64,000 nt of DNA, from assembly GCA_963422735.1 (NCBI GenBank), contig OY730476.1, positions 3,456,001 to 3,520,000 on the forward strand. The letters run 5' to 3'. This document shows, one piece after another, positions 30,030 through 40,746 of the stretch (its first letter is position 1; every line of letters begins with the position of its first letter). A program made the translations under genes and the position numbers. The stretch comes from Candidatus Latescibacterota bacterium (GTDB taxonomy: Bacteria > Latescibacterota > UBA2968 > UBA8231). A model generated the notes under the pieces. It did not search any database. It worked only from the letters and a program-made list of their open reading frames with translations, and had not been told where the DNA came from.

Positions 30030-31070
30030 ATGCAGCACGGCGAACTCAACTGGAGCGCCAACTGCATCTGGAGCATTGCCGACGACGTGCTACGCTACCT
30101 ATACGTGCGCGGCAAGTACCGCGACGTGATTCTGCCGATGACTGTGCTGCGCCGCCTAGATGCAGTGCTCGAAGACAGCAAGGTGGTTCTGGAGCGGCGG
30201 GACCTGCTCGACAAGGCGGACGTGGTGGAGCAGGTCCCGCCGCTGCGCCACGCGGCCGGGCAGGCCTTCTACAACACTTCCCCGTTCACCCTGCGGGACT
30301 TGAAAGGAAAGCCCGCGCCAACCAGCAACAGATCTGCGCCGATTTCGAAGCATACCTCGACGGCCTCTCGTCCAACGTGCAGGACATCCTCGAATGCTTC
30401 GAGTACCACAACCAGATCCCGCGCCTCTCTAGCGCCGATGCGCTCGGTACGCCGATCTAGAAGCTGACGTCGCCCGACATCAACCTAAGCCCGCACCCGG
30501 TCAAAAATGTTGATGGCTCGGTGAGGTTGCCCGGCCTCGACAACCACGGCATGGGCACGGTCTTTGAGGAATTGGTGAGGCGCTTCAACGAGGAGAACAA
30601 CGAGGAGGCGGGCAAGCACTGGACGCCGTGCGATGCCGTCAAGCTGATGGCCAAGCTCATTTTCCTACCGGTCGCCGACCAAATCGAGTCCAGCACCTAC
30701 CTGCTCTACGATGGCGCATGCGGCACCGGTGGCATGTTGACGGTTGCCGAAGAGACGCTGCAAGATATCGCCCGAGAGCGCGGCAAGCAGGTCGCGACGC
30801 ATCTCTACGGTCAGGAGATCAACGCCTAGACCTACGCCATCTGCAAGGCCGACCTGCTGCTCAAGGGCGAAGGCGACGCGGCCGACAACATCGTCGGCGG
30901 CCCGGCGCACTCGACGTTGTCCAACGACGCCTTCCCAGCCCACGAGTTCGACTTCATGCTCTCCAATCCTCCGCATGGCAAGATCTGGAAGAGCAACCTG
31001 TGCGACCCACGCTTTTTCATCGAGCATGGGGGCGATCACCCGCTCTAGCGATGGCCAGATGCTGTTTCGC
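30030..31070 (+). pseudogene. hsdM: Type I restriction-modification methyltransferase remnant
   Basis: IWSIADDVLR, YRDVILPMTVLRRLD, DNHGMG.VFEEL, YDGACGTGGML, YGQE, SNPP(H); frameshift near 30315 and TAGs at 30458 and 30827. Confidence 0.9.
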
Positions 31071-31645
31071 ACCGGGCCGAACTGGACGAGAGCGATCAGG
31101 TCGATTTTAAGGGCAGGGCCAAAGCCTTCATCCGCACCTACGGATTCCTCTCGATGGTGCTGCCGTACGCCAATGCCGAGTGGGAGGAGTGCGCGGAAGC
31201 TGCATGCTCCGAGGGAGGAGGATAGGTCGCGGGGCATTCTCGAGGCCATTGACATGGATAGCTACCGAGCGGAGAAGCAGTTGACGATGAGCATCCGACT
31301 GCCCGACGACGGCTCGATCGAGCCGGTGCCGGTGGCAAGTCCGATCCAGAGCTAGAGCGGCTTTCCAACATCGTCAAGGCGTTCAACGAGCGGTTCGGGA
31401 ACATCCCTTGGGAGGAGGCCGACCGGGTGCATCGCCTCATTACCGAGGATATTCCAGAGCGCGTAGGGGCCGATGCGCGGGAAAACTCCGACCGGCAGAA
31501 CGTGCGCATTGAGCTGGACAAAGCAGTGTCGCGCTTGATGAACTCCGTGGTCAACGACGATACTCAGTTGTTCAAAAAATTCGCAGACGACGAAGGCTTC
31601 AAACACTGGCTGATGGATGCTGTGTTCGACTTGACCTACAAGTAG
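31070..31645 (+). pseudogene. hsdR: Type I restriction endonuclease C-terminal remnant
   Basis: QVDFKGRAKAFIRTYGFL, GILEAIDMDSYR, RLSNIVKAFNERFGNI, TQLFKKFADDEGFKHWL spread over several frames. Confidence 0.8.
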
Positions 31646-31727
31646 CCGCGTGGGCCATTGGCATTTTTGCCGGGACGTGTAGATTGTATAAGGTGGAGGA
31701 CAAAAGCGGGTGATACAGCGCGCATAC

Positions 31728-32327
31728 ATGCAACTCATCTGGATTGGCTTGCTGTTGGCGAGCGGGGCCGAGGCTGTGCGCATCCAAGACGCCGTGCCCG
31801 AAGAGGTGCCCAAGCGGCAGCACGATGGCTACTATGCTGCGGTAGGGGTGGGTTTCATCAACTTGGATCATCGCGGCGCAGGCGTGCGCGTCCCCTTGGG
31901 GTTTAGGGCTGTCTTCAACCGCTTGCGCCTCATCTGCTCGGCCAATGTGCTCGATGTGAGCTTTCACGAAGGCGACGATTACGACCCTCGTTACATCCGG
32001 CCCTATCCCACCCAGAGCTACTGCTTTGATAGTCGGACTAGATACCGCGTGGCGGACTACCGCTGCTCGGGCGGCACGGATTGGCTCCGCTCGCTCAGTG
32101 CGGATCTGGCCTATATTGTCCTTGACGAAGTGTGGATTGCCGGCCGACCGGGCAAGCTGTTCACTGGGTTGGGCTACCGCCACCTAGACCCACTGACGAC
32201 GTATGGAACCTTAGGGTTGTTTTTCGATGCTCCGGGCCGGACCGTTGGTGGTTTCAAGGTCCTAGTCGGCAAAGGCTACGTCACCTTGGGTCTGCTGTGG
32301 GGCTTTGATTTGCGCCGCGTTTTTTAG
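31728..32327 (+). CDS. Hypothetical secreted / small beta-barrel-like protein
   Basis: Signal peptide, amphipathic beta-strands, terminal Phe; 7 bp upstream of the next gene. Confidence 0.65.
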   Translation: MQLIWIGLLLASGAEAVRIQDAVPEEVPKRQHDGYYAAVGVGFINLDHRGAGVRVPLGFRAVFNRLRLICSANVLDVSFHEGDDYDPRYIRPYPTQSYCFDSRTRYRVADYRCSGGTDWLRSLSADLAYIVLDEVWIAGRPGKLFTGLGYRHLDPLTTYGTLGLFFDAPGRTVGGFKVLVGKGYVTLGLLWGFDLRRVF

Positions 32328-32334
32328 AGGACGT

Positions 32335-34896
32335 ATGATCGCCTTGGCCCTTTGCGCCGCCTTGGCCCTCGCTCCGGTGGGTGCTGCCGCGCAGACGCTG
32401 CCCGCCGAAGAGCATCCAAGCCTGCTCTTTTCTGCCGAAGACATTCCCCTACTCAAAGAGCGCATCCAGCGCGAACCCTATGCCACGTGGTGGCAGACCG
32501 TGTTGCAGCGGGCGCGAAGTGCTCCGGCGACCTTTGCCGATGAGCGCGCCGAGGTACGCTACGCCAAGTCCCTCGCTTTCGCTTGGCTGATGACCGACGA
32601 TGCCGCGTTTGCCGAGCGCGCGTTGGACGTGATGCAGGGGGTCGCGTTCCCGCCGCGAGGAGGCGATTTGGGCGAGCCGCACAACGAGGGCGAGGTCGTG
32701 GCCCAGTACGCCGTGGCCTACGACATCCTGCACTCCTATGCTGCGGCCAACGACCCCGAGGCCCTGCAGGAGATGCGGTCAATCCTCAGCGAGGAAGCCG
32801 ACCGCCTGTGGAAGGGCATCGTGATTGGCAAGGTGGGATTGGGGCTGTTCCCGGTCAAAATCCGTTTGCACGAGACCCCGCATCTCGACAACTGGCACAT
32901 CCGCGCGTACGGCGGCCTCGGGCTGGCGGCCATGGCCTTGAGCGAGTACACCAGCGGCGCAGGTGCGCCGCAGGAATGGGCTGACCGCGCCTTTGAGATG
33001 GTCACCAGCAGCCTCGATTTCCAGATCGAAGGAAGGGACGGGGGATACGCGGAGGGGCCGTTCTACAGCCGCTACGCCGCGGATGTCTATTTGCCCTACT
33101 TGTTCGCGCTCAAGAACCGCACCGGCTTGGACTTGTTTGTCGGCCCCAAGATAGAAAAGATGCACGAATGGTCCCTGAACCTGCGGCTGCCCAATGGCCG
33201 GCGGCCCAACATCGACGACGGCCACTTAGACGATTTCTACGGGCATTACCTAGCGGCCGTGCAAGCCAACGGCGGGGTCCATCGCTGGGACTGGGAAAAC
33301 AACGAGCGCGGCCTGTACGTGCGCCGGTTTGCCGAGATGGACGCCATCGCTCTGTACGATGACAGTGTGCCCGCGCAAGAGCCGACGCACGGCCCGTCGG
33401 TTTTCATGCCAGGGGCTGGAGACGCCGTGTTCCGCAGCGACTGGTCGGCCACAGCCACCTACATGCTCTTGCGCGGCGAAAACGGCATCGCACGCGAGCA
33501 CGGGTTTGCGCACGAGCACCCCGACGGGACCAGCTTTGTGCTCTACGCCGGCGGCGAGATGCTGGCCGTAGATGCGGGTTATATCAATTTTGACAACCAC
33601 GACAAGGTCAACAAAGGCCGCAATCACAACGTGGTGCTAGTCGATGGCAAGGGGCCGCCGCGCCGGACCTTGCCCTTGGTGGGGAGTATCGGCGACCGCA
33701 ACGACGCTTTTATTAAGGCATTCTTCACGAGTGCTGCTGGTGACTACGCGGAAGTCCGCGCCGCCTACCGAGGGGTTGAGCTAAGGCGGCGGGTGTTTTT
33801 TGCCGACCATAGGTACTTCCTCGTGGCCGATGAGATCGACGACCCGGGCCGTCGCCGCAACCACGTCTACGAGTGGCGGCTGCACGGCAACGGCGGCGGT
33901 ACCAGCGGGGGCGCATATTCCCGTGCGGGCAACTTGGCGTTGGCGCGTTGGACGAGGGAAAAGGCCGAGTTGCTGGCGTTTTTGCCCGACCAGCCCGGCC
34001 GGATCGCCCTTGAGAGCGATGCGATCCATTCCTTTGACTATCGCCAAGAGCAGACCCACACGGTGTTGCGGGTACAGCAAGAGGGCGTTGCTGGGCGGTA
34101 CTTGGCGGTGCTGTATCCGCGGGCGATTGGGAGTGCCGAGCCGGCGTTTGAGACCGCATCCGCGCAAGGAGCCGAGGCGGCCGTAATGGCGTTGGCCGGG
34201 GTGCGGGATTTGGCTTGGCTCCGCAACGGCAATGCGTCCGAGGTCGCTGTATCCGGACCGGACGCGCGCTTGGTCAGCGACGCCCGCTTCGGCTATGTCC
34301 GCTATGTCGATGGTCAGCTCACCCGCTTTGTAGCCCAAGACGCGACCTACCTTTTGGCCGATGGAGAGACGGTCTTCCGCGCCAGCGAAATGATAGACGC
34401 GAGCATGGAGCGAGACGACTATACGGGTTTCGTGCGCGGCCCCGGCACGGGCTACCAGTTAAAAGTGCCCCACGCGGGAAACGAGTGGACCGCAGCTCGC
34501 TTCCTCGGCGGCGCATGGTTGGGCACGGCCGTAGAAGGCGACCTGCTCGTGCTGGAGCTAGCGGGCGAGGGGACGCTAGAACTGCGATCGGGCCAGCACG
34601 TCGAAGCGCAAAAGGAGGCGCAGCCGCACCCCGAGCGCTACGCCCTGCACCCCAACGCACCCAACCCGTTCAATCCGACGACCAAAATCCGCTTCGATTT
34701 GCCCACTTCCAGCTTGGTGCAACTGACAGTATACAACATCTTGGGGCAGGAGGTCGAGCGGCTGGTGGAAAGGCCGATGCCGCCGGGGCAACACGAGGTG
34801 GAATGGGACGCGGCCGGCTATCGGAGCGGCCTCTACTTCTACGCGCTCAAAGCCGATTCCTACCGAGCGCAGCACAAGATGATTTTGCTGCGCTGA
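32335..34896 (+). CDS. Heparinase II/III-like polysaccharide lyase with C-terminal Por/FlgD-type sorting domain
   Basis: Signal peptide, NW, DGGYAEGPFY, FRSDW, HEHPD, DAG, HNVVLVDG; ends PNAPNPFNPTT...SGLYFY...KMILLR. Confidence 0.85.
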   Translation: MIALALCAALALAPVGAAAQTLPAEEHPSLLFSAEDIPLLKERIQREPYATWWQTVLQRARSAPATFADERAEVRYAKSLAFAWLMTDDAAFAERALDVMQGVAFPPRGGDLGEPHNEGEVVAQYAVAYDILHSYAAANDPEALQEMRSILSEEADRLWKGIVIGKVGLGLFPVKIRLHETPHLDNWHIRAYGGLGLAAMALSEYTSGAGAPQEWADRAFEMVTSSLDFQIEGRDGGYAEGPFYSRYAADVYLPYLFALKNRTGLDLFVGPKIEKMHEWSLNLRLPNGRRPNIDDGHLDDFYGHYLAAVQANGGVHRWDWENNERGLYVRRFAEMDAIALYDDSVPAQEPTHGPSVFMPGAGDAVFRSDWSATATYMLLRGENGIAREHGFAHEHPDGTSFVLYAGGEMLAVDAGYINFDNHDKVNKGRNHNVVLVDGKGPPRRTLPLVGSIGDRNDAFIKAFFTSAAGDYAEVRAAYRGVELRRRVFFADHRYFLVADEIDDPGRRRNHVYEWRLHGNGGGTSGGAYSRAGNLALARWTREKAELLAFLPDQPGRIALESDAIHSFDYRQEQTHTVLRVQQEGVAGRYLAVLYPRAIGSAEPAFETASAQGAEAAVMALAGVRDLAWLRNGNASEVAVSGPDARLVSDARFGYVRYVDGQLTRFVAQDATYLLADGETVFRASEMIDASMERDDYTGFVRGPGTGYQLKVPHAGNEWTAARFLGGAWLGTAVEGDLLVLELAGEGTLELRSGQHVEAQKEAQPHPERYALHPNAPNPFNPTTKIRFDLPTSSLVQLTVYNILGQEVERLVERPMPPGQHEVEWDAAGYRSGLYFYALKADSYRAQHKMILLR

Positions 34897-34902
34897 GTTG
34901 TT

Positions 34903-35346
34903 TTACTTTTCTATGACATAGCGCAGTACGGCCGCGACTTGCTCGGGTGCATGCGCCACGGCGAGTGCGGCCGCATCCACCTCCTTGAGGGCGTGTTGCA
35001 ACTCGGGCGGGTGGAGGACGATCAGCGGCTTGTTGCAGGCGGCGGCAAACCCCGCGTCAAAGGCCGCGTTCCACTGGCGGTACTGGTCGCCGAAGCGCAC
35101 CACCACCAAGTGGGAGTCGCGGATTAGGGAGCGGGTACGGATGGCGTTGAGCTGAGCACCTTTGCGATCCTTCCAAAAGCTGCTTTCCTCCGGCCCGAGA
35201 ATATCGACGCCGCAATTGTCGCTAGCCGCGTGGTCGGCGACCGGAGCGGTGAACTCGACCGGCAGGTCGCTGGCCGCTTGGACGATGCGCTCTCGCCAGT
35301 CGCTGTGAATCTCGCCGGATAGATAGACCTTCCACTGTTTGGACAT
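34903..35346 (-). CDS. YtoQ family protein
   Basis: VYLSGEIHSDWRE, NAIRT, VVRFGDQYRQWNAAFDAG, HALKEVDAAA. Confidence 0.9.
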   Translation of the reverse strand: MSKQWKVYLSGEIHSDWRERIVQAASDLPVEFTAPVADHAASDNCGVDILGPEESSFWKDRKGAQLNAIRTRSLIRDSHLVVVRFGDQYRQWNAAFDAGFAAACNKPLIVLHPPELQHALKEVDAAALAVAHAPEQVAAVLRYVIEK

Positions 35347-35500
35347 GGGGTCCCTTTTGGCGTGGTGAGTTGGAGCGGCAGGTCGCTGCCTGCCGATAGT
35401 AGAGGGTAGATAACGCAATTTGTCCCGATTGCGGCCAACCTCTATCTTTTTTGCGATGTTAAGTCCGTTGTCAGGCGATGTCAACACAGGAGAGTTTGTC

Positions 35501-35794
35501 ATGAAATCGGCACTTGAGCTGGCCATGGAAAAGGCCAACGCGGCGGTTGGGGGTGCAGAGGGGGTCAAGCTGACAGACGAGCAGAAAGAGGCTATAGACC
35601 AAGTGCGCAAGCAGTACGAGGCCAAATGGGCCGAGCAAGAGATCGCGCTCAAAGGGCAGCTAGAACAGGCCACGGGCGCAGACCCGCAGGCCCTAGTCGA
35701 AGCGCGTCGCCAAGTGCAGGAGCAAATGAGCAAGGTCCGCAACGAGCTCTTTGCCGAGCGCGACGCCAAAATCGAGGCACTTCGCAACCAGTAG
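35501..35794 (+). CDS. Conserved-looking small coiled-coil hypothetical protein
   Basis: MKSALELAMEK...KLTDEQKEAI; AGGAG RBS. Confidence 0.75.
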   Translation: MKSALELAMEKANAAVGGAEGVKLTDEQKEAIDQVRKQYEAKWAEQEIALKGQLEQATGADPQALVEARRQVQEQMSKVRNELFAERDAKIEALRNQ

Positions 35795-35828
35795 GGCGAG
35801 GCTACTCTGCAATCCATCGGAGCCAGCT

Positions 35829-37508
35829 ATGCAGCCAAACTACGAAGTCGATATGAGATTGAACATCCGAACGCCTATGCGGGACGGCGTCGATCTTTCT
35901 TCCGACCTCTATTTGCCGAGGGCATCGGGTAGGTTCCCGACCGCGTTGATGCGCACGCCGTACGACAACAACGCGCCGCCCATGATCGAGAAGGCCATGC
36001 GACTCGCCAATAACGGCTATGCCTGCGTCATCCAAGACGTGCGGGGGCGCTGGGACTCCGACGGCGTTCACTACGCGCTGTTCGACCACGGCCCGGACGG
36101 TTTTGATACGCAGGGATGGATTGGCCAGCAGGAGTGGAGCGACGGCAGAATCGGCATGGCCGGAGGCTCCTACCTCGGGTGGGTGCAGTGGCAGAGCGCG
36201 CCTCACCGCAGCCAGCACCTGACGTGCATGGCACCAAGGGTCATGTGCTGCGATCTGTACTCGGGCCTAATACACCCCGGCGGGGCGTTCCAACTCAACG
36301 TCGCCCTCACGTGGGGGATGCGGACCAATGGCCGGACCGCTCAGAGCATCGAGTACCACAACTGGACGGAGGCCTTTCGCGCTATCCCACTCATCGACAT
36401 GGATCAACAGGCAGGCAGAACCCTACAGTTTTGGCAGGATTGGGTGACGCACACCGAATACGATTCCTACTGGGACTCGGTCAACGTCGAAAACAAGTGG
36501 GGCGAAATCGCGGCTCCCGCCCTGATAATGGGAGGCTGGTACGACCTCTACTCTCACAATACCTTTATCAACTTCAATGGTCTAAGGCTGCATGGGCGGA
36601 CGCCCGAAGCGAGGCAAAGTCAGCTCATCGTCGGTCCTTGGCCTCACGCGCTCAGTGTTTCTACCAAGACCGGTGACATCGACTTCGGCGCGAACTCGTT
36701 GTACGATTTGGAGGCGTTGGAGTTGCGTTGGTTTGATTATTGGCTCAAGGGCATCGACAACGGCATCGTCGGCGAGGCCCCGCTGCGGCTCTTCATAATG
36801 GGCGTCAATGAATGGAGAGACGAGTGCGAATGGCCGCTGGCTAGGACCGACTGGCAAAAGTGGTATCTGCACTCTTCGGGTAATGCCAACACGCTGTTGG
36901 GGGACGGCGGTCTGTCGCCGGCTGAGCCGGGCGACGAGCCTGCGGATCACTTTGCGTACGATCCCGATTTTCCCGTGCAGACCGCGGGAGGAAACAACTG
37001 TTGCTCGCCCCACATTGTGCCTTGGGGGCCGTACGATCAGCGCGATGTGGAGATGAGAGCCGACGTGCTCTGTTATACCAGCGAGCCTTTGGAAGCCGAC
37101 CTTGAGGTGACCGGGCCGATCAAGGTGGTTCTATACGCGGCTACAGACGGGCTGGATACCGACTGGACCGCCAAGCTGGTGGACGTATCAATCAGCGGGT
37201 ACGCCAAGAACCTCTGCGATGGCATCGTCCGGGCCCGCTATCGCGAGGGCTTTTCCTCACCTAAGTTGCTCCAGCCCGATCGAACGTACCAGTACGAGAT
37301 TGATCTCGCCGTCACCGGCAATGTCTTCAAGAAGGGGCACCGGATCAGGGTCGAAGTGTCCTCATCCAATTTCCCGCGCTTCGACAGAAACCACAACACC
37401 GGCAATGACCTCGGCACGGACACCGAAATGCGCCGCGCGCAACAGACGGTCCAACACTCCAGAATGCATCCGTCTCACGTACTTTTGCCGGTGATTCCGC
37501 ACCAGTAG
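35829..37508 (+). CDS. CocE/NonD family serine hydrolase
   Basis: PMRDGV.L, RTPY, QDVRGR, GGSYLG, GGWYD, GPWPH, SSSNFPRFDRN. Confidence 0.92.
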   Translation: MQPNYEVDMRLNIRTPMRDGVDLSSDLYLPRASGRFPTALMRTPYDNNAPPMIEKAMRLANNGYACVIQDVRGRWDSDGVHYALFDHGPDGFDTQGWIGQQEWSDGRIGMAGGSYLGWVQWQSAPHRSQHLTCMAPRVMCCDLYSGLIHPGGAFQLNVALTWGMRTNGRTAQSIEYHNWTEAFRAIPLIDMDQQAGRTLQFWQDWVTHTEYDSYWDSVNVENKWGEIAAPALIMGGWYDLYSHNTFINFNGLRLHGRTPEARQSQLIVGPWPHALSVSTKTGDIDFGANSLYDLEALELRWFDYWLKGIDNGIVGEAPLRLFIMGVNEWRDECEWPLARTDWQKWYLHSSGNANTLLGDGGLSPAEPGDEPADHFAYDPDFPVQTAGGNNCCSPHIVPWGPYDQRDVEMRADVLCYTSEPLEADLEVTGPIKVVLYAATDGLDTDWTAKLVDVSISGYAKNLCDGIVRARYREGFSSPKLLQPDRTYQYEIDLAVTGNVFKKGHRIRVEVSSSNFPRFDRNHNTGNDLGTDTEMRRAQQTVQHSRMHPSHVLLPVIPHQ

Positions 37509-37573
37509 TCAGCTATTCGTCGCCGTTCAATTTTCACGGGAATCAAGCACCTGTCAGCGAGTATCGGCGACAA

Positions 37574-37602
37574 TTGACAGTGCAAATTTTAGGGCCTACT
37601 AT
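37574..37602 (+). promoter_or_regulatory. Sigma70 promoter of gltA
   Basis: TTGACA-N17-TACTAT. Confidence 0.6.
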
Positions 37603-37683
37603 CTGACTAAAACAGCACCTCCATCTCGCTTGGGGCACGGCTCAGCGCACTCGGATCCCGATTTACATTAAGGAGAGCAAGAC

Positions 37684-38967
37684 ATGGCGGAAACTGCCCG
37701 CTTGCAGGTCGAGGGCCAGATCGTCGAACTACCCATCGTCATCGGCAGCGAGAGCGAAAAGGCGCTCGATATTGCCAAATTGCGCGCCGAGATCGGGTAT
37801 ATCGCCTTAGATCCTGGCTACGGCAATACGGGCTCTTGCCAGAGCGATATCACCTTTATCGACGGCGATGCGGGCATCCTGCGCTACCGAGGCTACGCGA
37901 TCGAGGACTTGGCCGAGTACAGTCGCTTCATTGAGGTCGCCTATTTGCTGATCTGGGGCGAATTGCCCAACGCCGCGCGGCTAGACGAGTTCAGTGCGCT
38001 GCTGACCAAACACCAGATGCTGCGCGAGGGACTAAAGCAACACTTCGGCCTCTTCCCGCCCAACTCGCCGCCAATGGCCGTCTTGTCCTCGGTACTCAAC
38101 GCCTTGAGTTGCTACTACCCCGAGCTGTTGGAGATTCAGGACGAGGAGACCTTCATCGAAGCGGCCGCGCGCATCATGTCCAAGGTCCGCACCATTGCCG
38201 CCTATTCCTACCGCCAGCAGCAGGGTCACCACATCGAGTACCCACATCCCAAGAAACGGTACGCAGAGAATTTCCTGCACATGATGTTCAGCCAGCCGTA
38301 CAACGAGTTTGAGGCGGACCCGGTGCTGGTTGACGCGCTGGATTTGATCTTTCTCCTCCACGCCGACCACGAGCAGAATTGCAGCACCTCTACGGTGCGG
38401 ATGGTCGGCAGCAGCGAAGCCAATCTCTTCGCCTCGGTGGCGGCGGGCGTCTCCGCCCTGTGGGGGCCGCTGCACGGCGGGGCTAATGTGGCGGTGGTGG
38501 ACATGCTAGAGAAAATCCGCGACGAAAATATCTCGGTCGGCGACTACGTTGCTCAGATCAAGGACAAGAAGGCCGGGATCCGCTTGATGGGGTTTGGGCA
38601 TCGGGTGTATAAGAACTTTGACCCGCGCGCCAAGATCATCAAAAGGGGCTGCGAGAAAGTTTTGGCCAAGCGCCACATCAACGACCCCCTGCTCGACATA
38701 GCTAAAGAGCTGGAAGCCGTAGCGCTGGGGGACGAGTACTTCATCCAGCGCAAGCTTTATCCCAACGTGGATTTCTACAGTGGCGTCATTCTCCGCGCCC
38801 TCGGCATTCCCAAGGAGATGTTCACCGTGATCTTCGCCATCGGCCGCATGCCGGGCTGGATCGCGCATTGGTACGAGGAGAGCAAAGCCACCAAAATCAG
38901 CCGCCCGCGTCAGGTTTACACCGGCTCGGTTCAGCGCACCTATCAGCCTCTCGCAGAGCGGCCCTAA
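37684..38967 (+). CDS. gltA: Citrate synthase (type II)
   Basis: DPGYGNTGSC, LHADHEQNCST, GPLHGGAN, GFGHRVYK, YPNVDFYSG. Confidence 0.97.
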   Translation: MAETARLQVEGQIVELPIVIGSESEKALDIAKLRAEIGYIALDPGYGNTGSCQSDITFIDGDAGILRYRGYAIEDLAEYSRFIEVAYLLIWGELPNAARLDEFSALLTKHQMLREGLKQHFGLFPPNSPPMAVLSSVLNALSCYYPELLEIQDEETFIEAAARIMSKVRTIAAYSYRQQQGHHIEYPHPKKRYAENFLHMMFSQPYNEFEADPVLVDALDLIFLLHADHEQNCSTSTVRMVGSSEANLFASVAAGVSALWGPLHGGANVAVVDMLEKIRDENISVGDYVAQIKDKKAGIRLMGFGHRVYKNFDPRAKIIKRGCEKVLAKRHINDPLLDIAKELEAVALGDEYFIQRKLYPNVDFYSGVILRALGIPKEMFTVIFAIGRMPGWIAHWYEESKATKISRPRQVYTGSVQRTYQPLAERP

Positions 38968-39018
38968 GCGCGGGTCGGCGATTAAAGTTTGTCTAAATAA
39001 TTGAGAAAGGATTAGGGG

Positions 39019-39309
39019 ATGCAGCCTAGAATCAGTATGCGCCACGGCAGGATTTCAGAAGAAACCAAAGCACACATTACTAATTCTTGTATTAAGCTCG
39101 AAAACTACTTCGACCGCATCGTGGATTGCGAAGTCATCCTCGACAAGGAAAAGCACAACGACAAAGTAGAAATTATCGTCAAGGTGCCGCACCGCACGTT
39201 TGCGGCTACAGGGACGGCAGACAATCTCTACAAAGCCCTCGCCGAAGCCGAGTCCAAAATCGAGAGTCAGCTTAAAAAACACCACGACAAGCTGGTGTCC
39301 CACCACTGA
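39019..39309 (+). CDS. hpf: Ribosome hibernation promoting factor (short HPF/RaiA)
   Basis: 96 aa; KLENYFDRI, NLYKAL...KIESQLKKHHDK. Confidence 0.85.
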   Translation: MQPRISMRHGRISEETKAHITNSCIKLENYFDRIVDCEVILDKEKHNDKVEIIVKVPHRTFAATGTADNLYKALAEAESKIESQLKKHHDKLVSHH

Positions 39310-39312
39310 TAA

Positions 39313-40461
39313 ATGATCGTTGGTATCGCACGAGAGACCTTCGCTGGTGAGCATCGGGTCGCCTTGGTCCCGGAGGCTGTGTCCGGGTTGTCGGCCTGCA
39401 ACGCGGACATCCTAATAGAGCCGGGCGCGGGTGACGCAGCCGGCTATGCCGATGCGGCCTATGCCGACCGCGACGCCGAGATCGCCGCCAACCGCGCCGA
39501 GGTATTTGCCCGCGCCGACGTGGTGCTACAGGTGCGTACGCTCGGCGCGAACCCAGAAGCCGGCCGCGCCGACTTGGCCCGGATCCGCTCCGGCCAAGTC
39601 CTCATCGGGGCCTCGGATCCGCTGACCGCTGGCCCGCAGCTAGCTGCGCTGGCCGATGCCGGAGTGACCCTGTTCGCCATGGAACTGATTCCGCGCATTA
39701 CCCGCGCCCAGAGCATGGATGTGCTCTCGTCTATGGCCACGATTGCCGGCTACAAAGCGGTGCTCTTGGCCGCTGCGGCCCTGCCGCGCATGTTTCCGCT
39801 GTTGATGACGGCCGCTGGCACGTTGACCCCGGCCCGGGTGCTAGTTATCGGCGCAGGGGTCGCCGGTCTCCAGGCCATTGCCACGGCCCGTCGCCTAGGA
39901 GCGGTCATCCGGGCGTACGATGTGCGGCCAGCGGTTAAAGAACAGGTCGAGAGCCTCGGGGCCGAGTTCGTGGAGCTGGACATTGACGCTGGCGACTCCG
40001 AGGACGCGGGCGGGTACGCCCGGGCGCAGGACGAGGTGTTCTACCACCGCCAGCGCGAGGAATTGGCCAAAGTCGCTGGCCAGAGCGACGTGGTAATTAC
40101 CACGGCCGCCATACCGGGGCAGCCAGCACCTCTGTTGATTACAGCCGCGGCCGTGCAGAGCATGGGGCCGGGGTCGGTCATCGTCGATTTGGCGGCTGAG
40201 CGCGGTGGCAACTGCGAGCTGACGCGCTCCGGGGAGACGGTCGTAGAGGGCGGAGTGCAGATCATGGGGCCGCTCAATCTGCCGGCGACCGTGCCGCACC
40301 ACGCCAGCCAAATGTACTCGCACAATATCGCGACCTTCTTCCGGCATTTAGCGGGCGAGGGTGAGTTGCAATTCGACATGGAAGACGAAATCACGCGCGA
40401 GACCTTGGTGCTGCGCAACGGTGAGATCGTCCATCCGCGCATTCGCAAAGGAACCTCATAG
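39313..40461 (+). CDS. pntAA: NAD(P) transhydrogenase subunit alpha part 1
   Basis: GEHRVALVP, PRITRAQSMDVLSS, GAGVAGLQA, DLAAERGGNC. Confidence 0.96.
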   Translation: MIVGIARETFAGEHRVALVPEAVSGLSACNADILIEPGAGDAAGYADAAYADRDAEIAANRAEVFARADVVLQVRTLGANPEAGRADLARIRSGQVLIGASDPLTAGPQLAALADAGVTLFAMELIPRITRAQSMDVLSSMATIAGYKAVLLAAAALPRMFPLLMTAAGTLTPARVLVIGAGVAGLQAIATARRLGAVIRAYDVRPAVKEQVESLGAEFVELDIDAGDSEDAGGYARAQDEVFYHRQREELAKVAGQSDVVITTAAIPGQPAPLLITAAAVQSMGPGSVIVDLAAERGGNCELTRSGETVVEGGVQIMGPLNLPATVPHHASQMYSHNIATFFRHLAGEGELQFDMEDEITRETLVLRNGEIVHPRIRKGTS

Positions 40462-40743
40462 ATGGACGTCCTCGTGACCGCGCTGACGGTGTTTGCCCTA
40501 GCCGTCTTCGTCGGCTTTGAAATCATCACCAAGATCCCGCCGACCCTGCACACGCCGCTGATGTCCGGCTCCAACGCCATCTCCGGCATCACCCTGATCG
40601 GCGCGCTGCTCTCGGCTGGTTCCGAGCACTCGGCCTTGGCGACCTATTTGGGGTTGGCGGCCGTCGTCTTCGCCACCATCAACGTGGTAGGTGGGTTCAT
40701 GGTGACGCACCGCATGTTGGGGATGTTCAGGAGGCGGGACTAG
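40462..40743 (+). CDS. pntAB: NAD(P) transhydrogenase subunit alpha part 2
   Basis: PPTLHTPLMSGSNAISG, INVVGGF.VT.RML.MF. Confidence 0.96.
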   Translation: MDVLVTALTVFALAVFVGFEIITKIPPTLHTPLMSGSNAISGITLIGALLSAGSEHSALATYLGLAAVVFATINVVGGFMVTHRMLGMFRRRD

Positions 40744-40746
40744 CGC

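Noticed and set aside
11390-30829. Amber recoding or pyrrolysine readthrough, suggested by in-frame TAGs at 11390, 13988, 20577, 30458 and 30827
   Set aside because: Many intact genes end in TAG at the expected position (pntAA, pntAB, pntB, CocE, creatininase), and most affected genes also carry frameshifts or deletions, so decay is the simpler explanation.
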